A stretch of DNA of 64,000 bases from a virus. Both the position numbers and the translations under genes were made by a program. Position 1 is the stretch's first letter. Each line of letters opens with the position of its first letter. Location: the IMG/VR virus record IMGVR_UViG_3300042988_001309, positions 30,094 to 94,093 of that record, one strand, 5' to 3'. Shown piece after piece: positions 52,993 through 62,599 of this stretch. The notes under the pieces are model-generated. The model did not search any database and was not told the origin of the DNA. It saw only the letters and a list, made by a program, of their open reading frames with translations.

Positions 52993-55900
52993 GTGCCCCT
53001 CATGCTGCCTGAGATCGTCCAGCGCATCGTGCTGGAGACGAACACTGACCAGGCGATCTCCAACCTGCGCCGGGGTCTCGACGACATCGCGACCAGCTCG
53101 ACCAGGGCATCTGACTCCACCGACGATCTCGGCCGCTCGATCCGCACTGCCGGGTCCGAGGCGGGCACCACCTCGCGCACCGTGGACAACGCGACCGCCT
53201 CGGTGTCGCGCAACACCTCAGCCACCGACTCCAACACCCGCTCCCAGGACCGCGCCGCCAGCGCCACGCGCGACCACGCCCGAGCGCGCGAGACCCACAC
53301 CCGGGCCCTCGACGCCGACGAACGGGCGATGCTGCGCTGGATCGCCAAGGCCGAGGACGCCTCGGCCGCCGCCCGGCTCCAGCACTCGATCCTCGGTGAC
53401 AACGAGCGCGCCCACCTCTCCCTGACTCGGGCCATCGACCGCTTCATCGACCGGAGCCAGTTGTCGGCGGTGGCCATGAGCGTGCTCGGCGACGCCATCG
53501 GGGCGCTCAAGCTCCCGGCGCTCGCCTCCGCCATCGGCCCGGTCACCTCGGCCATCGCCTCACTCGGCACCACCCTCATCGCCGCCACCGGCGCCATGAG
53601 TCAGATGTTCGGCGTGGCCCTCGCCCTGCCTGGTGCCCTGGCCGCCATCGGCACTGCTGCCATTGGCGCGTTCGTCGGCTTCCGAGGCATCGGCGACGCC
53701 GTCAAGGCGGTGGGCGCGGCTACCGGCGGTGGTGGTGGAGGAGGCCGGAGCGCCGCCCAGGAAGCCATGGACGAGGAACGGGCCATGCGTCGCGTCGAGC
53801 AGGCCACCCGCGACCTCGCCGCCGCCAAAGCCGACCGAGCGGCGCAAGACGCCGAGGACGCTCGGCGCACCATCGAGTGGCTCGGCCGCGTCGAGGACGC
53901 CGAGACCCAACTGCGCGACGCTCAGCGGGTCGCCACCCAGATCCAAGAGGGGCTCACCGAGGCCCGGCGCATGGCGGGGGAGGAGCTGGAGGACCTCGCC
54001 TTCCGGGCCACCGGGGCCGCGCTCAGCGAGGAGCGCGCCGTGCTGCGCCTCCAAGACGCTCGGGACAACGCCGGAGCGGCCCAGGCCCGGCTCGCCGCCC
54101 TGGAGGCCAGCGGCACCGCGACCGCCGAGGAGTTGGCCGCCGCCCGCCGAGCCGTCATCGACAGCGACCTCGATCTGCGCGAGGCGGAGCTGAACCTCGC
54201 CGAGGCCCAGGACCGAAACCAGGACTCGACCCTGGCGCTCAACGAGGCCAACGCCGCCGGGCTCGACGGGACCCGGACCATGACCGACTACCAGCGCCGA
54301 GCCCAACAGGCCGCCCGGGACGTGGCCGATGCCCAGGAGAACCTCGCCGACATCCAGGCCGAGGGCATCGAGATCCAGCGCGAGCACAACCAGAACGTCA
54401 TCGACGGCGAGCAGGCCATCAAGGACGCCGAGTTCGCCCTGCGCGAGGCCACGTTCGCGTTCGAACAGCTCGGCGAGAAGGCCGGGGGCTCCGGTGGTGG
54501 CATCGACAAGGCCAAGGAAGCCCTCGACAAGCTGTCCCCCTCGGCGCGCGCGTTCGTCGAGCGCTGGGGTGAGCTGAAAGAGGCGTTCACCCCCGTCAGG
54601 ACCGACGCCCAGGAGGCGCTGTTCGCTCCGCTGCTCGGTGCGTTCGACTCGATCGTCCGCCTGGCCGCCCCGGCCCGGGACATCCTCGTCGATGTCAACA
54701 CCGCGCTCGGCAACTTCCTGGCCACCTTCGCCCAGCGCATCACCACGCCGCAGTTCATCGAGGATCTGCGCGAGCTGAGCGGCAACAACGCCGGGTTCGT
54801 CACCGCCCTCGGTGACGGCATCATGAACCTGGTCGACGCGTTCGTGGGGCTCGGCGTCGCGGCCGGACCGACCCTGGAGCGCATCGGCGAGTCGATCCGC
54901 ACCGGCACCGGCCATCTGCGCGACATGATCAACGCCGGGCGCGAGTCGGGCGAGCTGGAGGCGTTCCTCGACCGCGCCTACGACCGCTTCCAACAGGTCT
55001 GGCAGATCGTCAAAGACCTCGGCATGGGGCTGTTCAACATCTTCTCGGCGGCCACGCCGATGGGCAACGAGTTGATGGGCACGATGGCCGAGATGGTGGC
55101 CCGCTTCCGGGAGTGGACCGGCTCGGCCGAGGGCCAGAACCGCATCGTCGCCTACTTCAACGACCTGCGCCCCGTGGCGTCAGAGATCGTCGGGCTGGTC
55201 GGCGACATCGCCCGAGCGTTCGGTCGCCTCAGCTCCGAGGGTGCCCCCGGCGCGACCACGATCATCCAGCGGCTGCGCACCGAGTTCCTGCCGTTGCTCA
55301 TCGAGATCGTGGACGGCCTCAGCGACCCCGAGTTCGTCGACAACATCATGGACATCGGGCTCGCCATCGGGGAGGGCTTCAAGAACATCTCGGTCGGTCC
55401 GCTCAAGACCTACTCGTCGATCATCGCCGAGATCGCCAAGACGGTCGCCTGGCTCATCGAGGAGATCCCTGGGTTCGGCACGTTCATCGGCCTGGCCGGG
55501 ACGATGGCGCTCGCCGGGAAGGCGGCCAGCCAGTTCTCGACCGGCATCTCCACCGTCGGGCGGGCCTTCGATGCGTTCAGCGCCGGGGGCTCCCTCGCCA
55601 ACTCCCTCGCCCAGTTCCGGGCTTGGCACGCCGGGATCATCAGTCTGGAGGGCACCAGCGCCGCCACCCGCGCCCTCGCTGGCCTGTCGCGCGGCTTCGA
55701 CGCCCTCAAGGCCGCCATGGTCGGTCACCCCATGATCGCCATCGGCGTGGCCGTCATCGCCCTCGGCGTGGCGCTGTGGCAGTTGTATAAGCACAACGAG
55801 GCGTTCCGCAACTTCGTCGACTCGACCTTCGTGCGCCTCAAGGAAGTCGCCCAGGATGTCTGGCGGGCGGTGAAGCCGATCCTGGAGTCCATCGGCGAGT

Positions 55901-57609
55901 TCGTGACCGGCACCGTGGTCCCCGCCTTCCAGGCCTTCGGCCGGGCCGTAGCCCAGATGTGGACCAACGCCCAACCCGCCCTGCGCGCCGTGGCGGCCAT
56001 CTTCGCCGACGTGATCGTGCCCGCCATCGCTGACTTCGTCGGCTGGATTCGTGACAACTTCCCCCCGGTCGGCGACCTGTTCCGGGCGGTGTTCGGCCGC
56101 GTGGTCGACACCGTGCGCCTCGCCGCGGCCACCCTCGACACGGCGTGGACCCTCATCGTGGACGGCATCAACATCCTGCGCCCGGCGGCCAGCGCCATCG
56201 GTGACATCTTCCGGGCCGCGCTCGACATCGCCATCGGCGTCATCCGCCGCTTCGTCGAGTTCGTCGGCGACGTGTGGCCCTCGATCGCCGACATCATCGG
56301 GGTGGTGCTCGACGTGGTCACCGATGTGATCGGCACCGCGCTGGGGTTCATCGAGGACGTGTGGAGCCGCTGGGGCGACAACCTGCTGGAGATCATCGAC
56401 GCCGTGTGGGACTACATCCGCCGGGGCGTCGAGGCGGCCATGCGGGTCATCTCCGGCATCATCGAGGTGATCACCGGCATCATCTCCGGCGACTGGCGCC
56501 GGGTCTGGGAGGGCATCCGGGACATCTTCGGCGGGGTCTGGGACCAGATCCGCAACGTGGCCTCCACCGCCACCCGCCTGCTCGGCGAGGTGCTCCAGAT
56601 GGGCTGGGACCTGATCGTCGCCGGGATCACCGCCTTCCTCGACCTGGTCGTGGATTTCTTCACCGCGCTCCCTGGCCGGATCGTCACGGTCGTGTCCGCC
56701 ATCGGCAACATCGTGTGGGAGGCGACCCAGGCGGGCTGGGACTTCTTCCGCAACTCGCTGAGCACCTTCATCGACGCCGTCATCGACTTCTTCACCCGCC
56801 TCCCCGGCCGCGTCGTCGCCACGCTCGGCAACATCGGCCAGTTCATCTGGGACGCCGTCACCGGCGGCTTCGATCTGCTGCGCCGCTCGATCGGCGGGGT
56901 GCTCGACGACGTGGTGGATTTCTTCACCAAGCTCCCCGAGCGAGTGTGGCGGGGTCTCGGCAACATCGGGCTCTACATCTGGGACCATGCCAAGAGCGGT
57001 TTCGACACCCTCAAGACCGAGATCGGCAACGTCGCCTCGCACGCCGTTGACGTGTTCACCAAGCTCCCCGGCCAGATGTGGGACGGCTTCTCGCGTGGCA
57101 TGAGCGCCATCGCCGACATCGGCCGCAACATCGTGTCCAAGCTCATCGAGGGGATCGGCGCGGCCCCGGGCGCGGCACTGAATCTGGCCAAGAACATCGC
57201 CAACGCCCTCATCGACGTGGTCAACAGCCAGATCATCAACCGGATCAACCGGGCTGTGGAGTTCACCATCCCGGTGCCGTTCGCCCCGGACATCCCTTTC
57301 AACCCTCCCGACATCCAGAACATCCCCCACATGGCCAAGGGTGCCGTCGTGGACCGGCCGACCCTGGCGCTCATCGGCGAGGCCGCCGCCTCGGTGCCTG
57401 AGATCGTCACCCCCGAGCGACTCATGCGCTCGGTGTTCGCCGAGGAGATGGCCAAGGTGCTCGCCGAGCAGGCCAAGGCCAACCGGGCCGATGACCGGCG
57501 CCCCGGTGGCCCGGCGGTGCAGATCGAGGAGGCCAACTTCTACGACCAAGCCGACCTCGACCTGCTGATGCGTCGGAGCGAGTTCGCCCTCGCCGCCCGG
57601 AGGTTCTGA
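52993..57609 (+). CDS. tape measure protein
   Basis: 1538 aa, Ala-rich coiled coils, Trp/Phe-periodic amphipathic repeats, C-terminal MAKGAVV.RPT..LIGEA..PE. Confidence 0.92.
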   Translation: MPLMLPEIVQRIVLETNTDQAISNLRRGLDDIATSSTRASDSTDDLGRSIRTAGSEAGTTSRTVDNATASVSRNTSATDSNTRSQDRAASATRDHARARETHTRALDADERAMLRWIAKAEDASAAARLQHSILGDNERAHLSLTRAIDRFIDRSQLSAVAMSVLGDAIGALKLPALASAIGPVTSAIASLGTTLIAATGAMSQMFGVALALPGALAAIGTAAIGAFVGFRGIGDAVKAVGAATGGGGGGGRSAAQEAMDEERAMRRVEQATRDLAAAKADRAAQDAEDARRTIEWLGRVEDAETQLRDAQRVATQIQEGLTEARRMAGEELEDLAFRATGAALSEERAVLRLQDARDNAGAAQARLAALEASGTATAEELAAARRAVIDSDLDLREAELNLAEAQDRNQDSTLALNEANAAGLDGTRTMTDYQRRAQQAARDVADAQENLADIQAEGIEIQREHNQNVIDGEQAIKDAEFALREATFAFEQLGEKAGGSGGGIDKAKEALDKLSPSARAFVERWGELKEAFTPVRTDAQEALFAPLLGAFDSIVRLAAPARDILVDVNTALGNFLATFAQRITTPQFIEDLRELSGNNAGFVTALGDGIMNLVDAFVGLGVAAGPTLERIGESIRTGTGHLRDMINAGRESGELEAFLDRAYDRFQQVWQIVKDLGMGLFNIFSAATPMGNELMGTMAEMVARFREWTGSAEGQNRIVAYFNDLRPVASEIVGLVGDIARAFGRLSSEGAPGATTIIQRLRTEFLPLLIEIVDGLSDPEFVDNIMDIGLAIGEGFKNISVGPLKTYSSIIAEIAKTVAWLIEEIPGFGTFIGLAGTMALAGKAASQFSTGISTVGRAFDAFSAGGSLANSLAQFRAWHAGIISLEGTSAATRALAGLSRGFDALKAAMVGHPMIAIGVAVIALGVALWQLYKHNEAFRNFVDSTFVRLKEVAQDVWRAVKPILESIGEFVTGTVVPAFQAFGRAVAQMWTNAQPALRAVAAIFADVIVPAIADFVGWIRDNFPPVGDLFRAVFGRVVDTVRLAAATLDTAWTLIVDGINILRPAASAIGDIFRAALDIAIGVIRRFVEFVGDVWPSIADIIGVVLDVVTDVIGTALGFIEDVWSRWGDNLLEIIDAVWDYIRRGVEAAMRVISGIIEVITGIISGDWRRVWEGIRDIFGGVWDQIRNVASTATRLLGEVLQMGWDLIVAGITAFLDLVVDFFTALPGRIVTVVSAIGNIVWEATQAGWDFFRNSLSTFIDAVIDFFTRLPGRVVATLGNIGQFIWDAVTGGFDLLRRSIGGVLDDVVDFFTKLPERVWRGLGNIGLYIWDHAKSGFDTLKTEIGNVASHAVDVFTKLPGQMWDGFSRGMSAIADIGRNIVSKLIEGIGAAPGAALNLAKNIANALIDVVNSQIINRINRAVEFTIPVPFAPDIPFNPPDIQNIPHMAKGAVVDRPTLALIGEAAASVPEIVTPERLMRSVFAEEMAKVLAEQAKANRADDRRPGGPAVQIEEANFYDQADLDLLMRRSEFALAARRF

Positions 57610-58529
57610 TGTCCGTCATCACGCTGCTGCGCCTGGAGGACAGTCGGGTCTCGTCGACCCCGGGGTGGTTGTCGCCGCTGGTGCTCGCCCCGATCAACGG
57701 CTACGTGCCCCAGAAGATCGACCTCGGGTTCCCGGAGATCCGCGAGGTGGCTAACCCGCGCACCGATGCCCACGGCATCATCGACTCGACCGCGTACGTG
57801 GGGGCCCGGCCGGTGGTCCTGGAGGTCGCCTTGGCCCCCGAGCTGACCGAGCTGGCCAGCACCGAGCGCTCCCTCGGGGACACGCTGCGCGCCTGGCTGG
57901 CCCCGGCCATGCGGCCCTACCTCGTCTACCAGCTCGACCCGAGTGACCCGATCCGCCGCCTGGAGGTGCGCAACACCGGCGCCAGCTACATCTCCAGCTT
58001 CGTCGATGACGACTACCAGATCATGGGGATCGGCTGGAAGGCCCCCAACGGGTTCGCCGAGGACTACGAGGCCACCGAGGCCACCACCTGGTCGACGACG
58101 GCGCCGACCACCGAAACGGGCCGCACCTACGACTTGACCTTCGACCGCGGCTATCCGGCGACCGAGGAGATCGAGCCCAACAGCGTGACGGTGTCGGGCA
58201 ACGTGGCAGTCGATGCCGTCATCCGGCTCTACGGCCCGTGCGTCAGCCCGGCCATCTCCAACGAGACGACCGGAGCGGTGCTCGACTTCTCCGGCAACGG
58301 CGGGCTCACGCTGAACGCGGGGGAGTACCTGGAGGTCGACGTGCGCAACCGCACCGCCTATCTGAACGGCGACACGTCCCAGTCTCGATACAGCTACCTG
58401 AACTTCTCGACCTCGTCGCGCCTGCCCGAGTTCCGGCTGGAGCCGGGGACCAACACGCTGCGCTACACGCCAGCCTCGACGACCGGCACGCCGCAGGCCG
58501 TCATCACCTTCCGCAACGCCTGGATCTAG
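57609..58529 (+). CDS. distal tail protein (Dit)
   Basis: follows TMP; VSGNV...GP..P.I.N, LEVD, LEPGTNTL, FRNAW. Confidence 0.8.
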   Translation: MSVITLLRLEDSRVSSTPGWLSPLVLAPINGYVPQKIDLGFPEIREVANPRTDAHGIIDSTAYVGARPVVLEVALAPELTELASTERSLGDTLRAWLAPAMRPYLVYQLDPSDPIRRLEVRNTGASYISSFVDDDYQIMGIGWKAPNGFAEDYEATEATTWSTTAPTTETGRTYDLTFDRGYPATEEIEPNSVTVSGNVAVDAVIRLYGPCVSPAISNETTGAVLDFSGNGGLTLNAGEYLEVDVRNRTAYLNGDTSQSRYSYLNFSTSSRLPEFRLEPGTNTLRYTPASTTGTPQAVITFRNAWI

Positions 58530-58538
58530 GAGCCTGCA

Positions 58539-59678
58539 ATGACCGTTGAGTACCCGATCTGGACCCAGACCCGTGCCTACTCGGCCCGGCTGGATCGCAA
58601 CGTCGTGGCCGCCGCCTGGTTTGAGGGCGTGCTGGAGGGCCTCACGGTGTCCCAGCGCGGCGCCGGGGCGAACATGAGCGTGGACGTGGCGATCGGCCGG
58701 TGCGTCATCGACGGCGACAACTCGTCCAACCAGAACAGCTACATGGGCGTGGTCACCGCCACCGAGAACGTGGTGATCTCCACCCCGCCAGCGTCCAACT
58801 CCCGCTACGACATCATCGTGGCCCGGGTCTACGACATCACCGCCGGTGGCGGTGGCGGGGCCTCGGCCACGTTCGTCATCGAGGCGGTGGCCGGTGTCGC
58901 CGCGGCATCCCCGGTGGCCCCAGCGGTGCCGGACACGGCGATCTTGCTCGCCACGATCGGGCCGCTCGTCCCGGCGACCACGTCGGTGACCACCGGCATG
59001 ATCTCCGACGGCCGGTCCTACGCCGGGCGCCGCGGCGTGGCCGGTGAGTTGCAAGCCGTCGCCCACTCCAAGACGATCAACGGCTGGCTGGCCTGCTACG
59101 GCCAAGCGGTGAGCCGCACCACCTACGCCCGCCTGTTCGCCATGATCGGCACCACCTACGGCGTCGGCGACGGCGCCTCGACGTTCAACCTCCCCGACCT
59201 GCGCGGCCGGGCCCTCGCTGGGGTCGACAACATGGGCGGCTCCCAGACCTCCGACGGCACCCGCCAGCTCGGCTCGACGCTCGGCACCTCGGTCGGGGCG
59301 GCAACCCACACGCTGGCGGTGAGCGAGATGCCCGCCCACACCCACGGCGGGTCGACCTCGACCGAGACGGCCAGCCACACCCACTCGTTCTCGGCCACGT
59401 CCGGCACCGAGTCGGCCGACCACACCCACTCGTACAACAAGTCGACGTTCACCGATCAGTGGGTGGACGGCCCGCCCTATGACACCCAGACCTCGGTGTC
59501 GACCGGCTACGGCTCCTACACCTCGGGCACCAAGTCCAACACCCACACCCACTCGGTGTCGGGGACCACGGGCTCGGCGTCATCGGGCCACAGCCACACG
59601 ATCAGCTCGCAAGGTGGCGGCGGAGCGCACAACAACACCCAGCCGACCACCCTCGTCCAGTACCTGATCTGCACCTGA
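58539..59678 (+). CDS. tail fibre-like protein with tail-collar domain and HxH repeats
   Basis: GWLACYGQAVSRTTYARLFAMIGTTYG.GDG.STFNLPDLRGR; HTH repeats. Confidence 0.8.
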   Translation: MTVEYPIWTQTRAYSARLDRNVVAAAWFEGVLEGLTVSQRGAGANMSVDVAIGRCVIDGDNSSNQNSYMGVVTATENVVISTPPASNSRYDIIVARVYDITAGGGGGASATFVIEAVAGVAAASPVAPAVPDTAILLATIGPLVPATTSVTTGMISDGRSYAGRRGVAGELQAVAHSKTINGWLACYGQAVSRTTYARLFAMIGTTYGVGDGASTFNLPDLRGRALAGVDNMGGSQTSDGTRQLGSTLGTSVGAATHTLAVSEMPAHTHGGSTSTETASHTHSFSATSGTESADHTHSYNKSTFTDQWVDGPPYDTQTSVSTGYGSYTSGTKSNTHTHSVSGTTGSASSGHSHTISSQGGGGAHNNTQPTTLVQYLICT

Positions 59679-59706
59679 GCCGACCAGGTCAACTGGGAGA
59701 TACCTG

Positions 59707-60732
59707 ATGACGTACACCTTCGCTCTCGCCGCCGGTGCCGGTGGAGCCCTCTACGCCGAGACCGCCTCGGCTCGATCGCGCTCGGTCACCTGGCGTCTCG
59801 TCGGCGCGGCCCAGGCGTCGTTCGTGCTCGACGGCTCCAGCGCCGAGGCCGCTCAGCTCACCGAGCTGGAGGACGATCTGGTGGTGCTGCACTCCTCGGT
59901 CGCCGAGCCGGTGTTCCGGGGTCGCATCGGTCTGGTGCAAGACACCCTGAGCCCCGATGTCCACACGGTCAGCTACACCGCCATCGACTACTCGGAGATC
60001 CTGCGCCGCCGGATCATCCTGGACGGCGACACCCTGCTGTATCTGAACATTGCCCAGGACACCATCGCCTGGAACCTGATCCAGCTCACCCAGGGGCGCA
60101 CCAACGGCGACCTCGGCATCACCCGCGGCGAACAGCCCAGCACCCCGCATCTGCGCACCCGGCGCTACGAGGCGGGTCAGATCATCGGCCAGCTCATCGA
60201 CCAGCTCTCGGCGGTGGACAACGGTTTCGAGTGGGACATCGACGGGCTGCTCCAGTTCAACGTCTGGCAACCGACCCGAGGGGTCGCCGGTGGACTGGTG
60301 CTCGACTACGGCGGCACGGTGGCCGGACTGAGCCGGACCAAGAATCCCGGCGGGTTCTCCAACGTGGTGCGCCAGACCGGCGACCCGTCATTGACGGCGG
60401 TGACCGCCACCTCGGCGACGATCGCCACCGACCCCCGTGGCCGGTGGGAGGCGAACTTCGCCAACTCCGACCTCAAGGAACAGGACACGGTCACCGACCG
60501 GGCGGCGTTCGCGCTCACCCAGACCTCCAAGGAACCAACTGCCTGGTCGCTCGCCCTCAGCCGCGGCTGGTGGTATCCCAAGCTCACCGGCGCATGGATC
60601 GGCGACACCGCCACGCTGGTGGTCAAACACGGCCGCCTCGACGAGGTGGTCACGGTCCGCATCACCGAGATCGCCCTGCGCCTCGGGGAGAGCGGCGAGG
60701 AGGACGTGCAGATGACGGTGGAGGCGGCATGA
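59707..60732 (+). CDS. minor tail protein (siphovirus hub / Gp37-like)
   Basis: VFRGRI, NGFEWDI, IGD...V..GRL; position. Confidence 0.65.
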   Translation: MTYTFALAAGAGGALYAETASARSRSVTWRLVGAAQASFVLDGSSAEAAQLTELEDDLVVLHSSVAEPVFRGRIGLVQDTLSPDVHTVSYTAIDYSEILRRRIILDGDTLLYLNIAQDTIAWNLIQLTQGRTNGDLGITRGEQPSTPHLRTRRYEAGQIIGQLIDQLSAVDNGFEWDIDGLLQFNVWQPTRGVAGGLVLDYGGTVAGLSRTKNPGGFSNVVRQTGDPSLTAVTATSATIATDPRGRWEANFANSDLKEQDTVTDRAAFALTQTSKEPTAWSLALSRGWWYPKLTGAWIGDTATLVVKHGRLDEVVTVRITEIALRLGESGEEDVQMTVEAA

Positions 60733-61868
60733 CGACCGCTACCCGGTTCACCGGCGAGCAGGCCTCGATCGAGCGCCTCGCCGTCATCCAGGATCGCATC
60801 AGCGCCATCGAGCGCATGATCGGCACCGGCCTGTCCGGCGCCATCGTCCCGATCGGGGGAGTGGTGCCCTTCTATGGCACGACCGCCCCGATCACCTGGC
60901 TGCTGTGCTACGGCCAGCTCGTCGCCAAGACCGACTACCCGGTGCTGTGGAACACCATCGGCCACGCCGGGAACGCTGGGGTCGACCCGGGCGGTGGGCA
61001 GTTCAAGATCCCCGACCTGCGCGGCAAGACGTTGGTGGGGCTCGACAACATCGGCGGGAGCGACGCCGGGATCTTGTCGATGGCCAACACCCTCGGGCTC
61101 ACCGGCGGGGCCGAGACGGTCACCCTCATCACCGCCAACCTGCCGAGCCATACCCACGCCATCGACCATGACCATGCCTCGGTGACTTCGGCGGCCGGTT
61201 CGTCGCACACCCACTCGGGCTCGGGCTCGACCGGCTCGGGTTCGTCGCACTCCCACTCGGGCTCGGGCTCCACGTCGGCGACCAGCCACTCGCACACCGC
61301 GTCGGGCTCGTCATCGGCGACCTCGCACTCCCATACGGGCTCGACGGCGTCGACCTCGCACTCCCATACGGGCTCGACGGCGGCGGTGGCTCACGGCCAC
61401 CCTGGCTCCGAGATCGGCAACGTCACCTACATGCTCACCCAACAGGCTCACGACCACTCGTCGGGGAGCGGCGGGTACGTGTCCGAGGCGTCGGACCCGA
61501 ACGACGGGGTGGGCACGCCGGTCCCGCTCAACATCGCCACCGAGTCGACCCACACCCACGGCGTGACGGTCAACTCCGAGTCGTCGCACACCCACGGCGT
61601 AACGGTCAACTCCGAGTCGTCGCACACCCACGCGGTGTCGGTGACGGTCAACTCCGAGTCGTCGCACACCCACGCGGTGTCGGTCTCTGTCGGCTCAGAG
61701 GCCAGCCATACCCATTCGGTGACGGTCTCTGTCGGCTCCGAGGCCACCCATACCCACTCAGTCGACATCGCGGCGTTCACCGGGGCGTCCGGCTCCGCCG
61801 GATCGGGCACGGCGGTGTCGCTCCTCCAGCCCTACTCGCTGTGCAACTGGATCATCCGCGCCGAGTGA
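60729..61868 (+). CDS. second tail-collar fibre protein with HxH repeats
   Basis: VPIGGVVPF, WLLCYGQ, FKIPDLRG, many SHTH/SHSH repeats, LQPY..NWIIR. Confidence 0.8.
   Translation: MTTATRFTGEQASIERLAVIQDRISAIERMIGTGLSGAIVPIGGVVPFYGTTAPITWLLCYGQLVAKTDYPVLWNTIGHAGNAGVDPGGGQFKIPDLRGKTLVGLDNIGGSDAGILSMANTLGLTGGAETVTLITANLPSHTHAIDHDHASVTSAAGSSHTHSGSGSTGSGSSHSHSGSGSTSATSHSHTASGSSSATSHSHTGSTASTSHSHTGSTAAVAHGHPGSEIGNVTYMLTQQAHDHSSGSGGYVSEASDPNDGVGTPVPLNIATESTHTHGVTVNSESSHTHGVTVNSESSHTHAVSVTVNSESSHTHAVSVSVGSEASHTHSVTVSVGSEATHTHSVDIAAFTGASGSAGSGTAVSLLQPYSLCNWIIRAE
61545..61760 (+). repeat. tandem 36-42 bp coding repeats (V.SESSHTH)
   Basis: AACTCCGAGTCGTCGCACACCCACG three times, plus degenerate copies. 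Confidence 0.85.
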
Positions 61869-61916
61869 CCATACGTGCCGATCATCCTGAGATGACCCGA
61901 TAACGACCCTTAAGGT

Positions 61917-62156
61917 GTGTCCATGGCAGAGATGTCGATCGAGGTGACCGACCAAGGTGGCGTGAAGCTCACCATGCACCACGGGCCGGTCCTGGCGTCC
62001 ATGATCTTCGACCACAGCGACGGGGAGCGGGTACTGACGGGTCTCACCGAGGCCTTCGCCGCCGCCGCCAAGGCCCAGGGCGAACCGCACCCACACCCGC
62101 ACCCGGAGCCCCCGGCCCCCGAGAAGCCCAAGCGGACAAAGAGGAAGTCGACGTGA
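61917..62156 (+). CDS. hypothetical protein
   Basis: ORF coupled to next gene. Confidence 0.55.
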   Translation: MSMAEMSIEVTDQGGVKLTMHHGPVLASMIFDHSDGERVLTGLTEAFAAAAKAQGEPHPHPHPEPPAPEKPKRTKRKST

Positions 62157-62599
62157 AGGCGCAACGGCGCCTCCTGCTTCCTGTCAGCACCCCCGGCCGC
62201 GCCCTCGTCGGGCTGCTGTGGGTGAACGTCTGGTTCGCCGTCATCATGGCCTTCTCGCTCCTGGTTCTCGACGACAAGCTCGACCCCAAGTTCGCCGAGT
62301 CGGTGTTCCCCAAGATCAGCCACGACTGGTGGAGCCTCGGCTGGACCGCGGTGATCGCCCTCACGGTCTGGGGTATGGCCTCGACTCGCTTCGACCGTTG
62401 GCGCCTCGGGCTACTCGCCTGTGCGGGGATGTGCGTCATGTGGGCCGTGGCACTCCTCGTCGCCGGAGCCCCCGACGTAAACCCGACTGCGCCCGCTGCG
62501 TTCATCGCCATCGCCGGTATTGATTTCTGCTCGGCCGCGTTCGCTCTGGACCCCCGCACCATCCAGCGGTGGTTCGCCAGCCACCTGGAGGGGCCCTGA
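62153..62599 (+). CDS. 4-TM membrane protein (lysis cassette)
   Basis: four hydrophobic helices. Confidence 0.7.
   Translation: MKAQRRLLLPVSTPGRALVGLLWVNVWFAVIMAFSLLVLDDKLDPKFAESVFPKISHDWWSLGWTAVIALTVWGMASTRFDRWRLGLLACAGMCVMWAVALLVAGAPDVNPTAPAAFIAIAGIDFCSAAFALDPRTIQRWFASHLEGP

Noticed and set aside
10699-57549. Long minus-strand ORFs (e.g. 10699-14205, 18135-21494, 31625-33880, 55180-57549)
   Set aside because: Antisense shadows of high-GC3 plus-strand genes (V/G/D/H-rich, no motifs); the plus-strand frames carry the recognisable domains
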